Origin: Hydrolagus colliei
Lineage: Eukaryota
Direction: 5' to 3'
NCBI GenBank assembly: GCA_035084275.1
Contig: CM068757.1
Location: 9,610,001-9,674,000 of the forward strand
DNA length: 64,000 bases
Under the pieces are notes generated by a model. The model saw only the letters and a program-made list of their open reading frames with translations, had not been told where the DNA came from and made no database searches. Position numbers and translations under genes: made by a program. Below are positions 25,301-37,700 of this stretch, in pieces (positions within the stretch are counted from its first letter, which is position 1; each line of letters begins with the position of its first letter).

Positions 25301-28300
25301 TTAAATGGAAGTTGCTATTGTTGAAAGAGTGTGTAACTCTGTCTGAAGCCTTGCTGCAGATTCTCATTGTAAATTGTGTGTGAGGCTGTGTGGTGTGTCC
25401 TGTAACTGGATTTAATCTTTACATGATATTTGTGTTTGTGTTATAGCTCCTCCCATAATTACTGAATGGCCGGCAACCCCTGATAGGACACATGGTGAGA
25501 TCTCCACTCTGAGTTGGTCAGTGATACGGTTCAATCCACGTCCCATTGTAATTGCTGTATTACTGAAGAGAAAAGGGGAGTCGAGATCACAGAAGCTGTG
25601 TTATTGGCAGACAGAGAAAGAACAACCAGCAGGAAATAAACCAGTAAACATTTCTGTTAGCCGTGTCACAAAGGATGACTCCATCAATCCAGAGATGGCG
25701 ATGATTGTACAGGGAAAAAATGGGACTTTCATTGTGAATTGCAGTGTTACCGTGAATGCTGATGTATCCAGGGATGATGGCGCTGAGTTCACTGTTGAAG
25801 TTCAACATGATGTTCTGGAGAATCCTCTCACTGAATCTGTAACATTACGCGTTAAAGGGGGTAAGTGCTGCCTCTGTCTGTTCTCTTCTCTCTCTCCCTC
25901 ACACGTCAGTGTAGAAATATTCAGGTGAAGGTGATGATTTTACAAACGGGAGTTTGAAATGATCTGTTAATCTCCAGAGTGAGTTTTGCAGCTGTGTGTG
26001 AAGAGAGGCCACATTATTCAGGGCTCCACAGTCACATGGTCAAAAGGGATGTATTATTTTGTACACAATAAATAATCTGGTGATTTCTGACAAATACGTA
26101 ATGTTAAAATATAAAATCGAATGTGTATATATGCACTCATATGGGTGTCAGCTCAGAACATGAAGCACTCTAACCTCTCGTCCACAAGGTTGTGGGTTCA
26201 CATCACATCAGGACCTGAACCTACAGTCTAGTAGGGACTTGTAATAAGGAAATGAAATGATGATATCTTAAAGAATTTGATTGTTGACAATGGTTTCAAT
26301 TTCAAATAATAATTCCCTTTATTACCATCGAGGATGACACTGCAGTGTGTGCTGGGGGGGGGCTCTGTAATGCTGGAGTCTGTTATTTCAGATGTTAAAC
26401 CATGAACTCATCTGGGTGTTCAGCTAAATGGCCGGCAACCCCTGATAAGACACACTTCAGCACTAAAAGAGTTGGGAATTTCTCCAGTGTTTTGTCCTCC
26501 ACCTCTTGCTCTATGTGTATGTCTAGCTCTCTCTCTGTCTCCCTTTCCCCCTTTCTCTCTTCCTTTCTCTTATAATCAGTCTGGATAAAATGTAGAATTT
26601 GAAATTATTTCTTTGTCAAAAGGCCAGTGTGCACCCTGTCTGGGGGCAGATCTTGCAGGTTACTGGAGGCTTAGACAGGCTGTGTGCTTATGATGGAGTT
26701 TAACATCACTCTACAGCTCCAGCCTGGTGCCCTCTGCCATGACTTGCAGGCTTTTCACTCGTTTCTGTGGATTCGGTTTCCAATTTGTATCTGACACAGA
26801 CATGGACTTGAATGTTTTTATATGGATTTGTCATTTTGTTTTGTAGTTCCTCCTAAAATTACATTTCCAAACCAAAAGAAAATGAAACATGGTGAGAATG
26901 CTGAGCTGCAATGGGCAGTGACTGGGTTCACTCCTGGGAAGATCTCGATTGTTTCCAGTCTACGGAGGAAAGGAGAGGAAGTAAGACAACTGTTTCACTG
27001 GGAAGTTCCAAATAAGGAAGCATTTCAAAGGAAGAGAATCCCCTGGAATCTTGAGGACAAATCAGAGAGATCCAACAATGTTGCCTCCTTCACTGCAGTG
27101 TTGCCTAAATGTGAACACGACAACAAAGAAGGAACCTTCAGAGTAAATTGCAAAATCAGCATGACTCCTGATGAGCCCACGGATGATGGAGCTGAATTAA
27201 TTGTTCAGGTTCAGCATGAGGAATTTCCTGATTTTTTCACTGACAGTTTAAAAATAAACATTGCTGGAGGTAGGTTCTGCCGTCAATATTGTGTCCTCTC
27301 TGTCCCATATGCTCTTAGGCAGTGTTTAGAATAAAGTAACAGTTTCCTCCACAATGGTTCAGCAACTGAGATCACCACTCAGTGAAACCCAGAGCCTCTC
27401 AGTCCAGAAGGTGGCAGGATATGCCATCTGAGAAATCTCGTCATAGTGCTTAAGATTATCCAAACCAGAGAGTTCATATGTGCCATCTACATGTGGAAAT
27501 TTCCCTTTTTCCAGAATGGAATGCTCACAGTAGTAAACAAACTTGGATCAAGAGCTTGACTAACAGGACTACCTCAGGATTGATTTTACTCCGATATTGT
27601 CAAGTGCGTTATTGTTCAAACAGAGAGTGAGTTTGTCCCAGTGTCCTGGCCAACTATCCCCGTTATAAAATCTGTCACTTAATTCATTGCTATTTACAAA
27701 ATTTATGCATCCTGTTTACCTGTTACCAAAGAGTATCAGCTGCACGTTGGCAAGATATAAAGCTTGGAGATCACAGAGTATGTGCTGGAATACTGCGGGA
27801 ATTTAAGAAGGGAAATGCGCATAGTTTAGTATTTCCAGTTAGGACCACACCACCTGTTAAGGCTTTGGTTTGCAGGGTTAACAAGACCTGAATAGGTAGA
27901 ATCCCTGCTCTCAGTGACTGGTCTTGCTGGCCCAGGCCTGCTGATGAGCCAGGCCGACTGGTTTATAATCAGCAATGGCCTGAAGAGCTGGGAAACCACT
28001 TGGAACAGGAACTGAGACTGAGTCTCAGGATTGATTTGGTTCCGATAATGCATTCTCAAGTGCATTATTGTTGAAACAGAGAAATGAGTTTGTCCCAGTG
28101 TCCTGGCCAACAATCCCCGTTATAAAATACATTACTTAATTCACTGCTGTTTGTGCGGCACTGCTGTGTACAAGTTGGCTGACACATTTGCCTTCAAGTA
28201 CAGAGCCAGTGAACTTCACACACAAATTCTGTGATGCGCTCTGAGACGTCTCAGTGATGTGATAAGGTGTTATATCAGTTGTAAGAATTATAAGGATTAT

Positions 28301-31300
28301 TAGAATGTTGTAGCCATCTTATCTCAGAGGAGATACTGCACACCTCTGTTCCCCCTCCCCCCAGGTGGGCTGAGCTGAGCTGAGGCAGTAGCTGTGCAGC
28401 TCTGTTTGGTCTCTGTGGGTGAATTGTCTGCCCACATTGACAGTCTGGGCTGAGATGTGAGAAACCCTGGTAATTAATAGAGAAAATAATCCAAGCTCAC
28501 CTCCTGATCAGCACCTTGGATACCTCTCACCTTCACAATATCGGACAGGTCAGATCTCTGCAGCTGGGAAGTACACACACCACACAGAGGGTTTACAGGC
28601 TGAGTAACATTATTACATAGTGTAAGTTATACAGGACTCATTTACATTTAGGTTCCACTGGGTGCTGTGTTCATGTGTCCGTCCGGCTCACTTGGCAGTG
28701 CTCTTGTCTCTGTGTCAGAAGGTATTGAGTTCAAGCCCCACATTGACACACTGGCTGTCACTCCAGTGCAGTGCTGCAATGCTTATATTGTGTTTCTGTT
28801 TGATAGCTCCTCCTCAAATTAATGGACCTTATCCACCCGGGAAAATTCTGCATGCTGTGAAAGACACAGTGACATGTGTAGTTACTGGGTTCACTCCTGG
28901 GAAAATGACCATAATTTTCAGCCTGAAGAGGAACGGGCAGCAACAGCAAATACAACGACTGTTTCACTGGGAAATTCCCAACAAGGAAATATTTCAAGAG
29001 TCGATAGGAGGAGCTTTTCCTCTGCAGGACCGATCGGATAGAGACATTAAAGATGCGTCCTTCAATGCTTTGGTGCCAAAGTGTGAACCTCTTGGCGATG
29101 GGACTTTCAGAGTAAATTGCATCATTGATATGATTCCTGATATTGATATGGATAATGGAGCTGAATTATCTGTTGAGGTTCATCATGATGTTATTGTTGG
29201 CTCTCTCACTAATACTGCAATATTACTCATTACTACAGGTAGGTTCCTCTATCATTGTTGTGTCTCACTGTCTCTGTGACAATGTTTAGGACATTGTAAT
29301 GATTTGCTCCCGATGGCCCAGCAGCTGAGGTCATTGCTCAGTACAGGTTGAGTCGAGTCTCTCAGGCCAGAAGCTCTGAGATTCAAGTGCTGGTCTGGGA
29401 GCTGATCTGAGCTGACCTGGGCCAGTAGCTGTGCTGGTCTGTTTGTATGTCAGCCTGGAGCTTTGGTAGCACTTTTGCCTCTGACTCAGAAGGTTGTGAG
29501 TTCAAGCCCCACGTCAGGACTTGGAATCACATCGTCTAAGCTGACACTCACTCCCAACGCAGTGCTGGATGTCTGTGCATTATCGGTGGTGCCGTCCTTT
29601 AAATGAGATGTTAAACTGACGTTCTACCCGCTAGTTCAGGTAGACATTGTAGATCCCATAGCGCTATTAGAAAAGAAAAGGGAAGTTTCTTCAATCCCAC
29701 AACTAACATAGGTCACTCATCCCATGGTTGTTTCTGGGACATTACAGTATGCAAACTGGTTGCTGTGTTCGCCAACAAAATATACAGTTAATCCATTTCA
29801 CGGTATAACCTGTGTAGCACTTTGAGACATAATAAGGTCTATTTCAAATGATAGGATATTAGAGAATATAATCAAAGCTCACGATCACCACAGTGGATAT
29901 CTCTCACCTCAGATGTATCAGGTCTCAGATGAGATCTCTGCAACTGGGAAGCAACAGCCTTAATGCAGTGTGCACAGTATGCAGAGGATAAGACCATAAG
30001 ATTTAGGAGCAGCATTAGGCCTCTTGAGTCTGCCACGCCATTCAATAAGATCATGGCTGATGTTCTAATCTAACTCCACCTGTCCACCTTATCCCCATAT
30101 CCCTTAAAACCTTTATTCATAAGAAATCTATCAGGATGTAAGTACTCGGAGTACATTTTACAGGATGTTGTAGTTTTTTCTGGGGCAGCTCTATTGTAGG
30201 TTGATGGAGAGATGTTGGTGCTCTGTGGTCATGGTGCAGCTTAACGCCAGGCTACAGCATTGTCTGCTGTCCTCAGGAATAATGCGCAGATCTGTCTGAA
30301 GGTTTGCAGCAGATTTGGATTGTAAATATTGTGTGAAGCAATGCGTGGGTGATGCAGTGTGTCCTGTAACTGGAATATAATCTACATTTGCTGCTTGTGT
30401 TTGTTTTATAGCTTCTCCCACAATTACTAAAATCCAGGTCCCCCCGAATATTAAGCACGGTGCCACCTACACTCTGAAATGGTCAGTGACTGGGTTCCAT
30501 CCACTGCCCATTGTAATTGGTGTAAAACTGAAGAGAGGAGGGGAGACGAATGAAAAGAAGCTGTTTCAGTGGCAGACGACAGAGAAAATTCCACCACCAG
30601 GAGTGATGCCAGTAAGGATCCCTATTGAATCCCAATCAAAGGATGATCTCATCACTTCTGAGGAGGCGATGATTATACAGGAGAAAACTGGCAATTTCAG
30701 AGTGAACTGCAGTGTTACCATGGTTCCTGATGTATCCAGCGATGATGGCGCTGAGTTCATTGTTAAAGTTAAACATCAGAACAAAGCTCTCACCGAATCA
30801 GTAACATTACACGTTAAAGGCGGTAAGTGCTGACACTGTCTGGTCTCCACACTCTCTCCCTTGCACATCACTGTAGAAATGTTCTGTTGAATGCAATGAC
30901 TTTAACAACGAGAAGAGTTTGAAATGATCTGTAAGTCTCGAGTGAACATTTGGTCAGTGTCCGGCGAGGGTTGGGAGGAGCGGGTGACGGGGCTTCGGCC
31001 TCGGCCGTCCGGGCAGCGGCAGCAGCAGCAGCGGACTTCAGTGCTGTGCTTACCTTCTGCCGAACCTAGTCTGCCTCACTCCCTGCCTGCCTCCCTGCCG
31101 CTCTCTCTCCCGGGCTGCCGGCCTGCCGCTCTCTCTCTCTCTCCTGGGCNNNNNNNNNNNNNNNNNNNNNNNNNNNNNNNNNNNNNNNNNNNNNNNNNNN
31201 NNNNNNNNNNNNNNNNNNNNNNNNNNNNNNNNNNNNNNNNNNNNNNNNNNNNNNNNNNNNNNNNNNNNNNNNNNNNNNNNNNNNNNNNNNNNNNNNNNNN

Positions 31301-34300
31301 NNNNNNNNNNNNNNNNNNCCTCTCTCCCTCTCTCTCTCCCAGGCTGACGGCCTGCCTCTCTCCCTCTCTCCCTCCCTGGCTGCCTGGCTGCCTGCCTCTC
31401 TCTCTCTCTCCCTAACTCCCTTCTGTCGACAATATCATTGAAAATGCTTCCGTTTTTTTTCACCAAGAAAAGGTCAAAAACGAGGGGTGCGCCTTATACG
31501 CGGGTGCGCCTTATACGCGGAGATATACGGTATATTCTGTGAAGAGCTTTGAGATGTCTAGAAGACATTAGAAGCACTGTATCAAATGCATTATTATTAT
31601 AAGTCACGTCACAGTCAGATGTTCAATGGGGATTTATTATTTTGTACATGGTGGTAAATAATCTGGTGATTTCTAGGAAATATTTAATATTAAAACACGA
31701 TATCTTACACCATTATATGTGCATAACTATGGGTGTCAGCTCTGAGCATGTTATCCTGTTGTCCCTTGTCCAGAAGGTTGTGGGTTCACATCATATCAGG
31801 ACCTGAACTTCCAGTCTAGTGCAGAGACTTGTAATAAGGAAATGAGTGGATCATATCTTATAAGGAATTTAATTGTTGATGGTTTCAATTTCAAATGACA
31901 GTTTCCTTTATTGTAGACTTTCTCAAGTCAATGGATATACTAGTACTAGGCAGTACAGTATCTAGATAAAGTAGTGCCTAACTCAGGAGAAGCAACCGTG
32001 ATCAGTTACCCATCGCTTGGGAGAACTCAGGCATTCTCTTACTTATCAGTTTATTTTCCTCGTCTCCCTCTCTCTCCCTCTCTCACTCTCCCACGTTAGC
32101 AGTCCATACTTATATGCAGCCTGTTTCAGGAATGTCTCATCGTTAACCCCAAACGTTCCAAGTTTGTTCCCAGGTGCAAGGTACATAACTGAAGTTATAA
32201 ACACCCGTACATTAAGTTTGCTCATCTTGCTCATTATGCACTTGATGTACCAAGAAACAATATCTGTGAGATCAGTCAGCTTTTTAAGATTGGGGATTTG
32301 AACAAAATCAACAGTATCTGTGAGTTGAATTAGATTGTGTCTCCTGAAAGTTGTTTTCTCACACTCAACTTTCAGTTAATCTTTACCCAAGATTACGCCT
32401 TGTACGAGAATCAAACCTGACACAAGTGCTCTAACCACTGCCCTACAGGACTAAAACAATCTTGAATTTTGGTGTAGATCCATATCATGTCTAGAGGACT
32501 ATCTCAAAGTGCCTCACAAGATTCAAAGTGAAATGGAGTAACTGTATCAGTAGACAAATGTGGCTTCACGATAGCACACAGCAATGTCTCACAAACAGTG
32601 ATGGAGTGAGTGATCAATTGTATTTGGGTATTTGATGGCCAAAACACCAGAAGAACTTTGTTCGCTTTTTGAGTAATGCCACATGTGCTTTAATGTCCAC
32701 CGGAAGAGGCAGGTGGTACTTCGGATTAACATCCATTCGTGGGATGTATCTTTGCAGCTGGGAAGGAACAGCCTTAATATTGTCAACACATTGTGTAGAG
32801 GATATAAAGACTTCAAGTAACATATTACAGTGTGAACGTTTTACAGGATGATGGTGCAGTTGTGTCTGGGGGCAGCTCTGTTGCAGGTTGATGGGGAGGG
32901 GATGGGGTTCTGTGGTCAGGGTGTAGAAATATCACTGTAGAAATATCGAGGTGAAGAATGGCTTTATTCACAGCTTCACACTCACATGGTCAAAGGAGGT
33001 TTATTATATTGTACACAGTAAATAATTGGTGATTTCTGACAAGAATGTAATATTATAATATTAAAACCATTATATATGCATGTACTGTATATGGGTGTGA
33101 GCTCAGAGCATGTAGCATCTCTTGTCAGAAGGTTGTGGGATCGCATCACATCAGGACCTGAACTTACAGTCTGGCATGACACTGTGCAGTGTGTGCTGGG
33201 GGAGGCCTGTAATCCTGGAGATGCCGTCTTTTGGTTGAGGTATTGAACCGTTGTCCCGTCTGCCTGTTCAGCTAAACGTTAAAATTCCCACAGAATGATC
33301 AAAAAGAGACGGGAGTTTCTCCCATTTTCTTGGCCTCTATATATCTCCAACTGTGTGTGCGTCTCTCTCTTTATGTCTCTCTATCTCTACATCTCTCGTT
33401 ATCTCGCTCATTCCCTCTTTCGCTCTTGTTTTCTCTTGTATTTATTTGGGGAAAAATTTAGAACTTTATTATTCATTTGAATAATGAAATTATTAAATTA
33501 TTAATTTGTTGAAAGGCCAGTGTTCACTCTGTCTGAGGGCAGCTATTGTATGTTACTGGAGGCTCAGACAGCGTGTGTGGTAATGATATAGTTTAACATC
33601 ACTCTACACCTCCAGCCTGGTGCCCTCTGCCATGACATGCAGGCTTTTCACTTGTTTCTGTGGATTTTGTTTCTAGTTTGTTTCTGACACAGACATAGGC
33701 TAGAAATGTGGTTGTCTATATCACACAGGTGTATCCCACAAATATTCCCCGATTGAGTGACCAGATTATTATATTTGTTGAGCTATTATGTCCTGCAGAG
33801 AGTGATTGGCCAATCCACGAACCATCTAACATCTGCTTACTGCTGGGTAAACAGAAGCATGTGGAATAAGGAAATTTTTGCCCTGTAGAAGAATCTACCC
33901 TGAGGTTAGATTGAGAGGCGAGTGCTCTAACCAATATGCTACAGGACTCCAATGATAAACGTTGCATTGTGGTACAGCTCCTTATGATGTCTTCATTAGA
34001 TTCACTGTGAAATGGAGTAACTGTGTATTTGTAGGCAAATATGGCAGCACAATTGATAATGTCTCACAAGCAGCCATGCTGATAATGTCTCACAAGCAGC
34101 CATGCTGATAATGTCTCACAAGCAGTGGTCAATTGTATTTGTGGTGGGGGGGATGGGAGGGGGGGTGGATTGATGGCCAGGACACGGGGAGATCTCCCTT
34201 CTCTTTTCGAATACAGGTAGTGCCCACTTAACGAAGGGGTTGGGGACTTCGAAACTCCTCGTTAAGCGAAAATTTCATTAGGCGGGAGGGAGTTCGCTAC

Positions 34301-34767
34301 TGTGTTTCTGTACATGAAGAAAATCAGTTTCGTTCCCAGTAATGCCTTGCGCGTAGCCTAGCGCCCAGCGCTACTAATTGCGGTGTACCAACGATGCCAT
34401 AAGGTAGGTAGAACTGCTATTGAAGGCTGCTATTGAAGAGAGAGACTGTGAGTGAGATTGTGACAGTGAGAGACTCAGAGAGAGAGAAAGAGAGAGAGAG
34501 AAAGAGAAAGAGAGAGAGAGACTGGGACGGAGAAAGAAATAGAGAGGGAGAGAGAGAGAGAGCGACCGAGACAGACAGAGGGAGAGAAAGAGACACAGAG
34601 AGAGAGACTGGGTAAGAGAGAGAAATAGAGAGAGATAGAGAGAGAGAGACTGAAACAAACAGAGAGAAGGAGATACAAAGAGAGAGACTGGGACAGAGAG
34701 AGAAATAGAGAGAGACAGACAGTGCAACCGAGACAGACAGAGAGAAAGAGATACAGAGAGAGAGACT

Positions 34768-34798
<31 letters not shown>

Positions 34799-37700
34799 CG
34801 TGATCGAGACAGACGGAGAGACAGAAAGAGACCAGGGAGAGAGACCGGGACAGAGAGAGAAATAGAGAGAGAGAGAGCGCATGACCGAGACAGACAGAGA
34901 GAGAGAGAGAAAGGGACACAGAGAGAGAAAGAGACACAGAGGGAGACTGAGACAGAGAGAGAGAGACTGAGAAAGAGAGAGAGAGGGAGAAACAGACAGA
35001 CAGAGAGAGAGAATGTACCTTGTATCGCTTTTGGAAACGATCAAGCCGCCCGCTGCTAGCAGCAAAAGTCTCCGCTGGCTTTTTCACAGTAGCTTCATAT
35101 AGTTGCCTAGCATCCTGCCGCTTAACCTCCTCTCATACTGCACTGCTTTGTCTTGGATTAGGTGGCATGCTGAACTAAGTGTGTGTATGTATGTAGCTTC
35201 CTCGACTGAGACTGCGCTTGTGTTGCGGAGGCTGCCGGGAGACGAGAAGCGCGTGCAATTTAAACTTTCTTTATAGCGAGCGCAGCCTTCGCTAAGCGCA
35301 TGGGGGGGTACAAATAGAAACCATCTTTATAGTGAAGCTTCATTAACAGGGCGTGTGTTAAGCGGGGGCTGCCTGTAGTGACACAGGATTCCTTAACATC
35401 CACCTGTGGAGGCAGATAGGACTTTGGTTTAAAATCTCATCTGTGGGACGTGTCTGTCGTGGGAAGGAACAGCCTCAATACTGTCAGCACATCGTGCATG
35501 TATTGTAAAGACTAGTGTAAAGAGTAACAGTGTGAATATTTTACAGGATGTGTAGTTGTGCCTGGGGGCAGCTCTGTTGCAGGTTGATGGGGAAGTGATG
35601 GGCTCTGTGGTCAGGGTCCAGCTTAACACCAGCCTGCAACATCGTCTGCTGTCCTCAGCAATAGTGTGCAGCTCTGGATGTCTGAAGCTTTGCTGCAGAT
35701 TTAGATTGTAAATTGTGTGTGAAGCAATGTGTGAGGCAGTGTCGTGTGTCCTGTAGCTGGAATATAATCTTGACATGCTGCTTGTGATTTTTTTATAGAC
35801 TCTCCCACAATTACTGAAGTCAATATACCCTCTGATATTAAACACGGAGCCCAAACCACTCTGAGCTGGTCAGTGACTGGGTTCAATCCACAGTCCATTG
35901 GAATTGCTGTATTGCTGAAGAGAGAAGGGGAGCAGAACGCACGGCAGCTGTTTTGTTGGCAGACAACAGAGAAAACACAAGCAGAAAGAAAGAAGTCAGT
36001 GAAGATTCCTGTTACCTCTCACGTTAACGATGTCTCTATCACTTCGAAGGAGGCAACGATTGAACGGGAGACAACTGGGAATTTCAGTGTGAAGTGCAGC
36101 CTTACCATGGTTGCTGATATATTCCGGGACAATGGTGCCGAGTTCATTATTCATGTTGAACATCAGACTATTCTTGGGAAACCTCTCATCAAATCTGTAC
36201 CACTGCATGTTAAAGGGGGTAAGTGCTGCCTCTGTCTGGTCTCCTATCTCTCCCTCACACATCACTGTAGAAATATTGAGGTGAAGAGTGGCTTTATTCA
36301 CGACTCCACACTCACATGGTCAAAGGGGATTTATTATATTTTACGCAGTAAATAATTGGTGATTTCTGACAAATATGTAATATTATAATATAATATTGAA
36401 ACCATTGTATAGTCATAAATATGGGTATGAGCTCAGTGCATGTAGCATCTCTTGTCAGAATGTTGTGGGATCGCATCACATCAGGACCTGAACTTACAGT
36501 CTGGCATGACACTGTGCAGTGTGTGCTGGGGGAGGCCTGTAATCCTGGAGGTGCCGTCTTTTGGTTGAGGTGTTGAACCGCTGTCCCGCCTGCCTGTTCA
36601 GCTAAACGTTAAAATTCCTACAGCACGATCAAAAAGAGAAGGGATTTTCTCCCATTGTCTTGGCCTCTATATATATCTCTCTGGCTGTGTGCGCGAATCT
36701 CTCTCTTTATGTCTCTCTATCGCTATATCTCTCATTATCTCGCTCACTCCCTCTTTCCCTCTTCTTTTCTCTTGTATTTATTTTGGGAAAAATTTAGAAC
36801 TTTATTATTCATTTGAATAATTAAATTATTAAATTATTCATTTGTTGAAAGGCCAGTGTTCACCCTGTCTGAGGGCAACTATTGTATGTTACTGGAGGCT
36901 CAGACAGGCTGTGTGCTAATGATATAGTTTAACATCACTCTACAGCTCCAGCCTGGTGCCCTCTGCCATGACATGCAGGCTTTTCACTTGTTTCTGTGGA
37001 TTTTGTTTCTCGTTTGTGTCTGACACAGACATAGGCTGGAAATGTGGCTGTCTATAGCACACAGGTGTATCCCACAAATATTCCCGGATTGAGTGACCAG
37101 ATTATTTGTTGAGCTATTATGTCCTGCAGAGAGTGATTGGCCAATCCACGAACCATCTAACATCTGCTTACTGCTGGGTAAACAGAAGCATGTGGAATAA
37201 GGAAATTTTTGCCCTGTAGAAGAATCTACCCTGAGGTTAGATTGAGAGGCGAGTGCTCTAGCATGTGGATTAGGTGTTGAGCCTTTCAGACCAGAAGCCC
37301 CAAGTTTCAAGCGCTGGTCTGGTAGCTGATCTGAGCTGTATGGGACAGAAGCTGTGCTGCTCCATTTGGTTTCTGGGACCCTATGTGTGAAGAGTCTGAC
37401 GTCGTTCACAATCTGGACTGAAATGTGAGAAACCCAGTGATTAAGGGAGAAAATTATTAAAGCTCATCTTACGATCAGCAACGTAGATATCTCTCACCTT
37501 TCAGATATTGGGCAGATCAGATATGATAATAATAACTTGCATTTGCGTATAATGCCTTATATCTGAAGGATGGCTTAAAGTTCTTAATTTAGTGTGAAAT
37601 GGATTGATTGATTGTGTATTTGAAGCCATACTCGGCAGCACAATTGCATACAGCAAAGTCCCACAAACATTCATGGAATGAGTGAGCAATTTTATTCGGT

